Source: a virus (taxonomy: Duplodnaviria; Heunggongvirae; Uroviricota; Caudoviricetes). From it: a stretch of DNA of 18,744 nt. Made by a program: the position numbers and the translations under genes. The DNA lies in the IMG/VR virus record IMGVR_UViG_2636415906_000001, one strand, 5' to 3'. Positions 1 through 8,131 of this stretch are shown piece by piece; the first letter of the stretch is position 1; every line of letters begins with the position of its first letter. The notes under the pieces are model-generated. The model saw only the letters and a list, made by a program, of their open reading frames with translations, made no database searches and was not told the origin of the DNA.

Positions 1-603
1 CTATTTCTTCTCTGTAATTTTTACACTGTTTTCCAACTGCTTGATGCTGACCTGCGGGGTCGGCAACTCCTCAGGCATGGTTCCGCCAAGTTCCTGAATG
101 GTTTGCCTCACCTTGCTACCCACGTCAAAGTGTGTGGTATTAGCTTGCTGTGCTGCCTCAACCAATTGTTTGTTATGTTCTTTCAACTCATTTCTCAGAA
201 ACAGACGCTTTTCGTCTTCACGAAGTTGCTTAAATGCTTCATCGTCAGCAAGCTCCTGCCGTCGGGTCTGGATAGCAAAATAAGTCTGCCCTGCCGCAAT
301 GACCGGTTTCGCGGGGTCGCCGTTTTGTACTACCAGGTAACAGGCATAGCGGGAGAGTACGATGTCTTTTAATGCTCTTTTGGCATTTGAGCCAATTTTG
401 ACCATATCGAGGATCTCCTCGAAATGGTCATCAATTGTGTGACCACTGTTCTCACAGGCCTCTTTGGCGCGCGTTAATACAGGTATAAAGTGACGATACT
501 CTGAATAACCCAGTAGTTTCCCAAGTTGTCTTGCTGACCATTGTTCTGCTCCGTTTGCATTAATCAGTTTTATCTCTTCAAAAGGTTGATGATGTTCGTT
601 CAT
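1..603 (-). CDS. dinD: DNA-damage-inducible protein D (DinD/RhuM family); start taken at the internal ATG (MNEHHQPF...), ORF track extends to 615
   Basis: Complete ORF with stop at 1-3. The N-terminus MNEHHQPFEEIKLINANGAEQWSARQLGKLLGYSEYRHF matches my recollection of E. coli DinD. A perfect LexA box sits about 45 bp upstream. Length (200 aa) is shorter than I recall for K-12 DinD, so an internal deletion is possible. Confidence 0.75.
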   Translation of the reverse strand: MNEHHQPFEEIKLINANGAEQWSARQLGKLLGYSEYRHFIPVLTRAKEACENSGHTIDDHFEEILDMVKIGSNAKRALKDIVLSRYACYLVVQNGDPAKPVIAAGQTYFAIQTRRQELADDEAFKQLREDEKRLFLRNELKEHNKQLVEAAQQANTTHFDVGSKVRQTIQELGGTMPEELPTPQVSIKQLENSVKITEKK

Positions 604-648
604 TGCCCACTCCATGTGATATCGATTGCAAAGAAAGTAAATCTGTAA

Positions 649-664
649 CTGTATTTATATACAG
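649..664 (-). promoter_or_regulatory. LexA (SOS) box CTGT-N8-ACAG upstream of dinD
   Basis: Plus strand reads aaCTGTATTTATATACAGtt; the reverse complement is AACTGTATATAAATACAGTT, a canonical palindromic SOS box, positioned 46-61 bp upstream of the dinD ATG. Confidence 0.8.
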
Positions 665-759
665 TTGTGAGTATCTCACGTTCTCAGTGTGCTGGGCAAA
701 AAAACATCGCAAAATCTGGAGCAGGCACGCAAAACAGAATTGAAGTTGCGGGGAAGAAA

Positions 760-788
760 AATGCCGCTCTGTTTGAGTGGGCGGCATT
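760..788 (-). terminator. Putative intrinsic terminator for leftward transcripts (8-bp stem AATGCCGC/GCGGCATT, then a U-rich tract on the minus strand)
   Basis: Inverted repeat 760-767 and 781-788 with a 13-nt loop; on the minus strand the stem is followed by TTTCTTCCC. It lies between the island-side genes and the dinD promoter. Confidence 0.35.
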
Positions 789-1311
789 TGTGAAGGCTGA
801 AAAGTAAGAATTAGTGTTACGAGTTACTCAATATTGAATCTGTTTGTAGAGTGTTGGCTTCAATGCCGCATTGTAGCTGGTTTCTTTCTAATGCGGTTTT
901 TGATTATGTACACCCTTATGTACACAGTTTTTTCTGGTGCTATCCGCGCAATTGAAGGTGTGGGCATAATTTTGCCTCTATTGTGATAATCACAATTCTT
1001 CTTGTGTTGTGCTCATCATCCAGTTCATCGAGTTTCTACCAAGAGCGTTTTACGCGCTGGCCGAAGCTATTTTGGTTGCTTTGGTCTGAAGCCATTACCT
1101 ACATCCCTCATGATTGAGGTGTGTAACCATGTTCAGGCTCGTTGTCCTGTGCGCGCGTATTGCTCGTGAAATTGCTGTACACAATTAAGCTCTGCGATAT
1201 TAGGTTTTATAAGGTTCTCGCATCCTTGTGAGGCGGCAGAATCAGTAAATACCTGATATTCCCGCCAACGAAAAAATGCGTTGGCTGGCAGAGTGCAAAT
1301 TTGCACGATGA

Positions 1312-1371
1312 CCTAACCCATTGATTCTTTCGAAAACCCCCATTGGGGGAAATCCTAACCCATTGATTCTT
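1312..1371. repeat. Two perfect 18-bp direct repeats (cctaacccattgattctt) flanking a C5-ATT-G5 hairpin
   Basis: Copies at 1312-1329 and 1354-1371 are identical; cccccattggggg at 1337-1349 lies between them. A tgcaaatttgca palindrome is just upstream at 1294-1305. Non-coding context. Confidence 0.8.
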
Positions 1372-1464
1372 CCACAATCCTCAATTTGAGGAAGCCGAAT
1401 AACACCATTTTTATAGCTCCGATCCCTTCAAAGTGAGGGGTAATTTGCCAAAACAGAGAGAGCA

Positions 1465-1752
1465 TTACTGTCTCTGGCAATCTTTATCGCGATAACGCCT
1501 GAAGTACCCTCTCGCTTCCTCATCCATACCAAGAGCCGAATGAGTTCGCTTAACTGCCTGTCTTAAATCTCCGAATCTGTCTGTAGTTGCTGGTGGGCGT
1601 GCCGCCTTACGGATACATTCAGAGCGCCTGTTTGCTGCATGTTCACGTTCTTTATCGCCATTTGCCAGCATCATGACTTCTGCCCATCGTGCGGCAGCTC
1701 TCCGGTATAGCCCTTTTGACTCCAGCTCTTCAGCTTTCCTGTCCCTTATCAT
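1465..1752 (-). CDS. PerC-family transcriptional activator-like protein (95 aa)
   Basis: The motif AEELESKGLYRRAAARWAEVM resembles the conserved PerC-family core (AExLExxGL(W/Y)RRAAxRW) common in P4-like and prophage islands. Basic small protein. Family assignment is from memory. Confidence 0.55.
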   Translation of the reverse strand: MIRDRKAEELESKGLYRRAAARWAEVMMLANGDKEREHAANRRSECIRKAARPPATTDRFGDLRQAVKRTHSALGMDEEARGYFRRYRDKDCQRQ

Positions 1753-1788
1753 TTCTGCCTCTCAGATTATATAGATAAGCAAAAAGGC

Positions 1789-1909
1789 GTTGGTTCAGTT
1801 GGTTCAGTTGGTTCAATTTGTAAAGGGTATTGTTTTTATTGTGTTTTTTCTAAAATATTGAACCAACATCAACTCATTTTGAACCAACACAGCCCAGCTC
1901 TGAACCAAC
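1789..1909. repeat. Iteron array: three tandem GTTGGTTCA 9-mers, then three inverted copies (TGAACCAAC) at exact 21-bp spacing
   Basis: Tandem copies at 1789-1797, 1798-1806 and 1807-1815. Reverse-complement copies at 1859-1867, 1880-1888 and 1901-1909. The array sits in the divergent intergenic region between the PerC-like and RHH genes. Confidence 0.85.
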
Positions 1910-1962
1910 AACACAGCGATAGATTTGTGATTGGTCCGTTATTTTCTGGCTGATATTTGAGC

Positions 1963-1993
1963 GTATAACAGTGTTATACAGTGGTATACTGTA
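1963..1993. promoter_or_regulatory. Two overlapping palindromes (GTATAAC-agt-GTTATAC and TACAGT-ggtat-ACTGTA) just upstream of the RHH gene; candidate operator
   Basis: Inverted repeats read directly at 1963-1979 and 1977-1993, 19-31 bp upstream of the candidate start codons at 2012 and 2024. Confidence 0.4.
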
Positions 1994-2011
1994 TGGATAT
2001 TACTCACTGAT

Positions 2012-2467
2012 ATGGTCTTTGCAATGAGCAAATCTAATCTGGTCGCGTTCCGCATCCCATCTGAATTGCAGGATGAGTTTAATCGGTCTGTTCTCGCTTC
2101 TGGAGGGGATAAAACCTCCTGGCTTGTTGATGCGATTCGCATGAAGCTGGGGCAGCCGGAAAAGTCTATTGATTCACGAATGCTTGGGCTGGTGGAGCGC
2201 ATGGAAAAAGCCGCTGCGTCGCTTATTGCCGGAAAGCCGAACATCCCACCAAAACCATATAACGAAACGGCAGTTATAAAGATCATTGCCGATACCATCC
2301 AACAGGGATTTGATAATGGGCGTGTGATAGCTGAACGGATCAATGAAGCAGGCTATCAAACAAAAGCTGGTAAAGCGTGGGATAAAGATATTTACAGCGC
2401 GTGGAAGCGTCAGGGAAGCAATGCTGAAAAGTTATCAGTGGCGCTACATTCAGCGCCATCGCTATAA
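2012..2467 (+). CDS. Ribbon-helix-helix (Arc/MetJ/CopG-like) DNA-binding protein with a C-terminal extension; alternative start at ATG 2024
   Basis: N-terminus NLVAFRIPSELQDEFNRSVLASGGDKTSWLVDAIRMKL has the beta-strand plus two-helix pattern of RHH regulators. No clear Shine-Dalgarno, so the start is ambiguous. Convergent with the Abi gene, 1 bp apart. Confidence 0.55.
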   Translation: MVFAMSKSNLVAFRIPSELQDEFNRSVLASGGDKTSWLVDAIRMKLGQPEKSIDSRMLGLVERMEKAAASLIAGKPNIPPKPYNETAVIKIIADTIQQGFDNGRVIAERINEAGYQTKAGKAWDKDIYSAWKRQGSNAEKLSVALHSAPSL

Positions 2468-2468
2468 T

Positions 2469-3431
2469 TTATTCAATATCAAATAAATGCCTTGGGAAAC
2501 CGTTATTATCAGGTAATCCCATGGCTGTCAGGTTACATCCTGGTAAGTTAGGCTTGTTATCTACAAGGTTGGCAACTTTTTTTATCCAGTCAGATCCCGG
2601 TCCAATTTTTTTCACTAAAAACCATAACACAGCGATCATTCCGTACATTCTTTCGTACGCATCATCATTCATATTTAATTGCTCAAAGTACGGCTCATTT
2701 GGCAAAGGCATTAATCTTGGTTCGTTGACCTTGTTCCAGATGCGTGAATGGTGAGCGCACCGATTCCTTAGCACATTCATTGCGCTAAGCCAGTTTTGGA
2801 AGATAGCTCCATTGCCTGCCGCTATCCCTAGCCTAGATAGTATCCTGTTGCGATAGCTGTCTTTTAGCATCGCATAATACTTTGACATTAAGCCGAAGTC
2901 CCATACTTCAATAACCACCCAGAAAGGAAGACCTTCGTACTTGTTTTCATGCCATTTGATAAAGTCTTCGCGACTTTTAGCAATCTCGGCATTATGTTTA
3001 TTTATCCATTCTTCTCTGGCGCTTGGGCGACCATGGGAACGTGGTCTAAAGTGTTTTGGATTTATTAGCGAGTCATCAAGATATGCTAAAGGAGATATCT
3101 TACCAAGCTCATGAGCAATAACTGACCGAACATAAACCTCAATGCGTTCTAACGCATTCATCATCTGCAAACGCAGATTTTTATCGAATAAATAGAGGTC
3201 ATATACTGCGCGAAAATTAGTACCTGGACGAACCTGATCGAGTCTGGTTCTAATATTGTCTGTTGTTATATGGGGGATTCGGCAGGGGTACCAAAAGCCT
3301 GATAATCGGTAGTAGCCTACTTGTGAGATTTTCTTGATAGCATGTTCGCGATCTGGCACATCCATACCCCGAGACAGCAATAAATCGACAAGTTCATCAT
3401 ATTCTTTATGAACCTTAACCGGAACAGCCAT
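2469..3431 (-). CDS. Abortive-infection protein, Abi_2 family (AbiD/AbiF/AbiD1-like), 320 aa
   Basis: Abi_2 hallmarks as I recall them: N-terminal EYDELVDLLLSRGM...GYYRLSGFW and the central motif LRNRCAHHSRIWN. The gene is visibly AT-rich compared with the core operon. Confidence 0.85.
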   Translation of the reverse strand: MAVPVKVHKEYDELVDLLLSRGMDVPDREHAIKKISQVGYYRLSGFWYPCRIPHITTDNIRTRLDQVRPGTNFRAVYDLYLFDKNLRLQMMNALERIEVYVRSVIAHELGKISPLAYLDDSLINPKHFRPRSHGRPSAREEWINKHNAEIAKSREDFIKWHENKYEGLPFWVVIEVWDFGLMSKYYAMLKDSYRNRILSRLGIAAGNGAIFQNWLSAMNVLRNRCAHHSRIWNKVNEPRLMPLPNEPYFEQLNMNDDAYERMYGMIAVLWFLVKKIGPGSDWIKKVANLVDNKPNLPGCNLTAMGLPDNNGFPRHLFDIE

Positions 3432-3810
3432 ACAAAAGGTTTCCTACCTCCAGATACAAGAAGGCCCGGCCATAACAATTTCTCATCTAAGACAAGATAA
3501 AGCCAGGGGGCCGGGCTCAGTTGAGTGTAACTCTATCCGAAGTTATCCACATGTCAATGCACAGTTACTTAGGAAACTAACATAGGTACTATCATCACTC
3601 ACGAAAAACCACTATATGTGGTTTTTATTCATATCGTTATCCACTACAGGCTGTGTCAATAACTTTTACCTATTAATTGGGTAATTTCTACATTTTCCTA
3701 TGCTGGCTAGTTTCTCTACTGAAAAGTTGGCACTCCTTAATCGCTTTTCGGTTAATACTATCGGTCTTCATATTGCCAGCAGCATACGCCATCCGATAAT
3801 TTCGATGCTA

Positions 3811-4112
3811 CGCGCGCGTACTTGTCGCAAAATATCAGGCAAAGGCCAGATTCAGAACGTCGTGATAACCACCAGCACAACATGAGATGTCATGTAACAC
3901 GATTTATCACATCAGATACATGTGATTGGTGTACCCGCATAAAACATCGTCATAGCGCGTCCTGTGCGCATATACGCCGATAATCAACACATCACCACCA
4001 CTCTGTCTCGTGTAGAGAACAGTTTCATGGTATCCCCCGCCATCGTGTGCGTACTGGTCGGACGTAGTTGCAAAATTTTTTGCAACTGATACCCCTCGCG
4101 CGCGTACTTGTC
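3811..4112. repeat. Perfect 16-bp direct repeat cgcgcgcgtacttgtc at 3811-3826 and 4097-4112
   Basis: Read directly. The copies flank about 270 bp of non-coding DNA in the gap between the Abi gene and the membrane-protein gene. An inverted aatttcga/tcgaaatt pair lies adjacent to the copies. Confidence 0.7.
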
Positions 4113-4305
4113 TCGAAATTGGTGTTTTGCTGTGGCAGTGATATCAGAAAAATCTTCCTGTTTCACATAAAGCGGATATGCGCGTACTGTAACGGCCCCA
4201 TCAACTGGGAGCGGATTTGAAATCCCGACCCAAGCTATGTACCAAATGCCATGTCTTGGATATATGATGATTGCCATTCTAAACAAAGCTAAAGGGAGGG
4301 TTGGT

Positions 4306-4662
4306 GTGAGGGGGCAGGCAGTTATAATTATTTTGTTGGGTTTAATTGTCGCAAAGTTATACCCGACTTTATCGATGGTGTTTTTTGCCATTATTGGCGC
4401 AGCCATCTTTACTTATATCATTAAACATACCGCCTTGTGGTTCTATAAAATTGATATAGTTCAGAAGTTTGTACGTCCTGTGTCAATGTTATTACTAGCA
4501 TTAATACCAATTGGTGTTGCTTATGTAATTGATGTTTTTTACCCTTCGGACACTGAAAGGTGGTTGATAGTTTTGTATTGTTATATTGGTGTAGCTCTCT
4601 TTTGTGGATTTCATTGGTGTTTCGAAAAGATCAATGACTCTATTTCAAAGAATAAAGATTGA
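4306..4662 (+). CDS. Small integral membrane protein (about 118 aa, 3-4 predicted TM helices), GTG start
   Basis: Strong RBS AGGGAGG 5 nt upstream of GTG 4306. Hydrophobic stretches (IIILLGLIVAKL, FFAIIGAAIFTYII, LLLALIPIGVAYVIDVF, LIVLYCYIGVALFCGF). AT-rich. Ends 20 bp from the convergent 705-aa gene. Confidence 0.45.
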   Translation: MRGQAVIIILLGLIVAKLYPTLSMVFFAIIGAAIFTYIIKHTALWFYKIDIVQKFVRPVSMLLLALIPIGVAYVIDVFYPSDTERWLIVLYCYIGVALFCGFHWCFEKINDSISKNKD

Positions 4663-4676
4663 GGCCATCCGTGGCC
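4663..4676. terminator. Short GC hairpin (GGCCA-tccg-TGGCC) between convergent genes; possible weak bidirectional terminator
   Basis: 5-bp stem with a 4-nt loop exactly between the stop codons at 4660-4662 (plus strand) and 4682-4684 (minus strand). No clear U-tract. Confidence 0.2.
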
Positions 4677-4681
4677 ATTCA

Positions 4682-6799
4682 CTAGTCATTATCTGGATCA
4701 TTAGATAGCCAAGTAATGATGCCCAGTCTGGCGATGGTCCGTTTTTCCTGTTCAGGAAGAGAGTTAAAAAAACTCTTCCATTGAGGGGAGCGCCTGATAC
4801 GTGAATCAACAATGTGCCCAGGCGCTTTTCCGTGTAGATTTTTTACTGCGCTCTGGAAGGCTGGCGAGGCAATTAATTTATCCGCAGCATCAGCCGCCCC
4901 TGCTCCACCAGCTAATCGAGCTTTACTCGCCAATCTTGCTCCAATATCAGCCCCAGCAATGGCTCCAAGCGATCCAAAATGAGCGCCTACCATCGTGCCT
5001 ATTTTTTGAATGTGTTTTGCTGCTAGTTCGTATGGAGCTGTTACCCGATTAAATCTGTTTACAAACTCATTCAGCTTACCAGTAGATATTTCATGCGCTT
5101 TAGCATTTTTTATTGCTCTGGCAACTTTGTATACATCATATAGTCCGCTCATTGTTTCTTTTGGCAAATGTTCAGCCAAAGTCTTTAGCTGTCCACTGTG
5201 TTGCAAGTTTTGCCACCAATCTGCAAAGCCAGATGGATTAAAGTCGGCCCCACGCTTCCCAGAGGAAAGCATATCTCTTAATGCTGTTCCTACTAGCTCC
5301 CTTCGCAATGTTCTTGATGGAGTATTTTGCATAATCTCACGAAACCCTCTCGCATCACCTTTTGCCATAGATTGAAGAGAATTCGTTACTTTATACGCTA
5401 TATCCCCATTAAGTGTTTTCCCGCGAAGATTTACCATTTGCCTTTCTAAGTTTTTTCTCATAGCTACAAGGCGTTGTGCGACTTCGAAATCTCGCAAGTA
5501 TCCAGTATTGGATAAGACAGATTTTTGGTCTTCAGCTAAAGCTCCATATAGTCTTGATAGCGCTTCTTTATCAGCATCTTTGTATGGCCCCTGCTTTTTA
5601 TTTAGGGCATCACCAACTAAACGCCTTTGCCTGTTTAAATTTGCATACGTTAGGATGCTATCTGGGCCGGGGTTTATTGCTGTAAAAACTCGCTTTTCTA
5701 TTGGGTCAAGATTATCCCACCCTCCTAAATCATCAGCGATTTTTTCCAGCATAGTGCTTGTGTTATTTGCTTCGACTTTTGTTCTTGGTGATAGAGCGGA
5801 ATCAACACGTTTATATAACTGATCACTACGGTTTTTTAGTGCTTCCATTCTACTATTTATCTGATAAATATATTTTTCGCTCATAGCTAACGCATCTGGC
5901 GCACCAGCAACATCATCGATTATCTTGCCAGCACTAGAGGCTAATTCGCTTATTGCTTTATCTTCTTGAGCTTTTAACGCTGATCCTGTCCGTGACTTTA
6001 GGGCTTGCTCTACAGCTTGGTATTGCTCATTTCCTGATAAATGAGAAGGAAGAACTGAATCAACATGAAGCCTATTTGCAGCCTCAACAATTTCTTTCTG
6101 AGGTTTTAGATCTAGCCCTTCAAGCGAAGAGGCAAGATTTGGGTTGCCTTGTGCAGATAACTTACGAATTTTCTCTTCGGCAGGAGTAATCCCCTCAATA
6201 TCTGGAATCGAAGAAACATTCTTCTTGGTTAATTTCCCAGCTATTTTATTAATTGCAGGGCCAGCAAGTTCGGCTACAGGGCCAGCCACAGCGCCAATAG
6301 CAGCGCCGGAAGCAACATCGCTATTTGTTCCATTGGCTACAATAGCCCCTTCTCCAGCACCAAGCCCTGCGGCGGCAGCCAGTCTTGCCGCCCCTTTGGG
6401 AACCTGAGAAATAATCCCACCACCACTAACAAATGGCGCTGCTTGTCCAACGAACTCACCAACATCTTGTGCGGTTGATGGTTTTGCCGCTAACTTCTGC
6501 TGTAGAGACTGAATTGCGGCTTGCTCTTCTGGTGTCATATCCTGAAACAGGCCAACACCTTTACCAACATCCATCAATCCACTGAGAACGCCATACATAA
6601 AACGGTCGAAACCGTTAGCATTATTAACAACATTTTCCTGTCTGGAATTTTCCTCTGGTGAAACCAAAGGTGATTGCTGCTGTTCTGGTTGGGCATCAAG
6701 CACAAAACCATCAGGAAGCTGTGAACTATCAGGAAACTGTGAGTTATCAGGTTGTTCATCGAGCACAAAACCTTCCGGTAAGATTACATTTGCTGCCAT
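4682..6799 (-). CDS. Large hypothetical protein (705 aa): acidic repeat N-terminus, Gly/Ala-rich segment, coiled-coil-like middle; no recognisable enzymatic motif
   Basis: Long uninterrupted ORF with ATG start at 6797-6799, overlapping the upstream 451-aa gene by 16 nt (translational coupling). N-terminus LPEGFVLDEQPDNSQFPDSSQLPDGFVLDAQPEQQQ; AAAAGLGAGEGAIVANG...GAVAGPVAELAGP tract. No signal peptide or Walker motif seen. Confidence 0.8.
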   Translation of the reverse strand: MAANVILPEGFVLDEQPDNSQFPDSSQLPDGFVLDAQPEQQQSPLVSPEENSRQENVVNNANGFDRFMYGVLSGLMDVGKGVGLFQDMTPEEQAAIQSLQQKLAAKPSTAQDVGEFVGQAAPFVSGGGIISQVPKGAARLAAAAGLGAGEGAIVANGTNSDVASGAAIGAVAGPVAELAGPAINKIAGKLTKKNVSSIPDIEGITPAEEKIRKLSAQGNPNLASSLEGLDLKPQKEIVEAANRLHVDSVLPSHLSGNEQYQAVEQALKSRTGSALKAQEDKAISELASSAGKIIDDVAGAPDALAMSEKYIYQINSRMEALKNRSDQLYKRVDSALSPRTKVEANNTSTMLEKIADDLGGWDNLDPIEKRVFTAINPGPDSILTYANLNRQRRLVGDALNKKQGPYKDADKEALSRLYGALAEDQKSVLSNTGYLRDFEVAQRLVAMRKNLERQMVNLRGKTLNGDIAYKVTNSLQSMAKGDARGFREIMQNTPSRTLRRELVGTALRDMLSSGKRGADFNPSGFADWWQNLQHSGQLKTLAEHLPKETMSGLYDVYKVARAIKNAKAHEISTGKLNEFVNRFNRVTAPYELAAKHIQKIGTMVGAHFGSLGAIAGADIGARLASKARLAGGAGAADAADKLIASPAFQSAVKNLHGKAPGHIVDSRIRRSPQWKSFFNSLPEQEKRTIARLGIITWLSNDPDND

Positions 6800-8127
6800 T
6801 TTCCGTTCCTGTAAATGATTTTCTGACCAGTTTTAGGGTTGGTTGCCGTTGCGCCTTCTGATATTCCTCCGGTTGCCGCTTTTGCCTGTCCAGTGCCAGC
6901 CTGTGATGTAGGCTGCCCGGAAACATCGTCAAATAGCTTCGCTTTCCTTCTTTCAAGGCTTTTTCTTAGCCCCTGAGGAATAGTTTCTCCATATGTATCG
7001 AGATACTCGTCAACCTGCTGGTTAAACTGCTGCCCCATAGCATTGGCGTTGATTTTTGCGGCGTTAACAATGTTATCCTTTGCCTCCTGCGACAGGCCGT
7101 TTCCAGCATTAAGCTGGTCTATGTATCCTTTGATTTGTCCCCATATGCCATCAGACCGCATTACCTGAACCTGTTCGCCTTCACGAACGACTGACTGCGG
7201 GTCAAGAGATTTCATGTAGTTGAAGATAATCCCAAGTTGGGCAGCGCCAGTATTTACCTTGCTAAGGGCTTGCAGAGAGTTTGCCGCCGCTCTGACAGAG
7301 TTATAATTTTTGCCAAAATTGGTAATGTCAGAATTTAATCCCTTAATTAAGTCTGCTGACGGCTTACCTTTTTGCCCCAGCTCCATTAGCTTCAATCCCA
7401 TCTCATCTGAGTGAATTTGTGCTCGCTGAGCCCTGTCTAGTTGAGCGTTCTGGATATTTGCCCATCCTCTCGCGTTCTCCATGTCAGCCTGACGCATACT
7501 TTCATCCAGTCGCCCTTGCTCAAGTCGACGACCTTCCATTTGATCTTTGATATCGAAATACTTCTCATGACCGAGAGAAAACAGCGCCAGATTACCTGCG
7601 AAATGCTGGAAGCCCTGCGGGTCATTAACCTGCATTTCAGCAATAGTTTCTGGAGGGATACCTAAACGACGCATCTCCTGCTCATTATCCATCATGAACC
7701 TGCCAAATGCGCCCTGACCAAGCGATGAGGCTACCTGTGCTTTGAGCGCCAGATTGCCATAATCATCCCTTTGAGCATCATCGACATAACTCATCCCTTT
7801 ACGGACTTCCTCAAACTCTTCTGGGAATGCTGTAATAAGATTACGCATCTGCTCCCTGTCACCGGACGCATAAGCATCTGCATAACCTTTCTGGAATGCC
7901 GCTTTACGCTCCTGCTGTTGCTGCTGCTTATAAATATCAGCAACTCCAGCCAGACCACGAAGACCTGTCAGAGCAACGTTATTTGCACCTGATCGAGCCA
8001 GTTCATTGTTTTCGCGGATCAGACCAAGCGTTGCGTTAATGTCGCTTGCCTTTGGCGCATTCTCATTTTGCGTACCGATGCCAGCCAGAAAACCACCAGA
8101 ATTAATACCCTGTTGCCACGTAGCCAT
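6784..8127 (-). CDS. Hypothetical coiled-coil, Gln-rich protein (about 447 aa from ATG 8127; ORF track extends to GTG 8139)
   Basis: Long ORF; the ATG at 8125-8127 overlaps the stop of the upstream 57-aa ORF. QQQQQ run and low-complexity A/Q/N/G-rich sequence. No enzymatic motif recognised. Confidence 0.8.
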   Translation of the reverse strand: MATWQQGINSGGFLAGIGTQNENAPKASDINATLGLIRENNELARSGANNVALTGLRGLAGVADIYKQQQQQERKAAFQKGYADAYASGDREQMRNLITAFPEEFEEVRKGMSYVDDAQRDDYGNLALKAQVASSLGQGAFGRFMMDNEQEMRRLGIPPETIAEMQVNDPQGFQHFAGNLALFSLGHEKYFDIKDQMEGRRLEQGRLDESMRQADMENARGWANIQNAQLDRAQRAQIHSDEMGLKLMELGQKGKPSADLIKGLNSDITNFGKNYNSVRAAANSLQALSKVNTGAAQLGIIFNYMKSLDPQSVVREGEQVQVMRSDGIWGQIKGYIDQLNAGNGLSQEAKDNIVNAAKINANAMGQQFNQQVDEYLDTYGETIPQGLRKSLERRKAKLFDDVSGQPTSQAGTGQAKAATGGISEGATATNPKTGQKIIYRNGKWQQM

Positions 8128-8131
8128 AAAT

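Noticed and set aside
98-372. Plus-strand ORFs (61 and 89 aa) inside dinD, and the minus-strand ORF at 578-787
   Set aside because: They are antisense to or overlapping the dinD coding region and promoter; Cys/Leu-rich nonsense composition.
1939-2359. Minus-strand ORFs (134 and 61 aa) overlapping the RHH gene
   Set aside because: They lie entirely antisense to a gene with a recognisable RHH fold; implausible composition.
3604-3626. AAAAACCAC-tatat-GTGGTTTTT hairpin as a terminator
   Set aside because: The stem is mostly A:T with only four G:C pairs, and it lies upstream of the Abi gene rather than after a gene end; more likely a binding palindrome or coincidence.
3984-4406. 140-aa ORF on the minus strand
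   Set aside because: It overlaps the RBS-supported membrane-protein gene on the opposite strand, lies in AT-rich DNA, and has no RBS or recognisable features; probably an antisense artefact.
4682-6799. The 705-aa protein as a pore-forming colicin-like bacteriocin (Gly-rich N-terminal region, SOS box, convergent small membrane protein)
   Set aside because: The C-terminal 200 aa contains no long hydrophobic helical hairpin typical of pore-forming colicin domains, the toxin candidate is split over two large ORFs, and no lysis gene is present. Kept only as a weak analogy in the findings.
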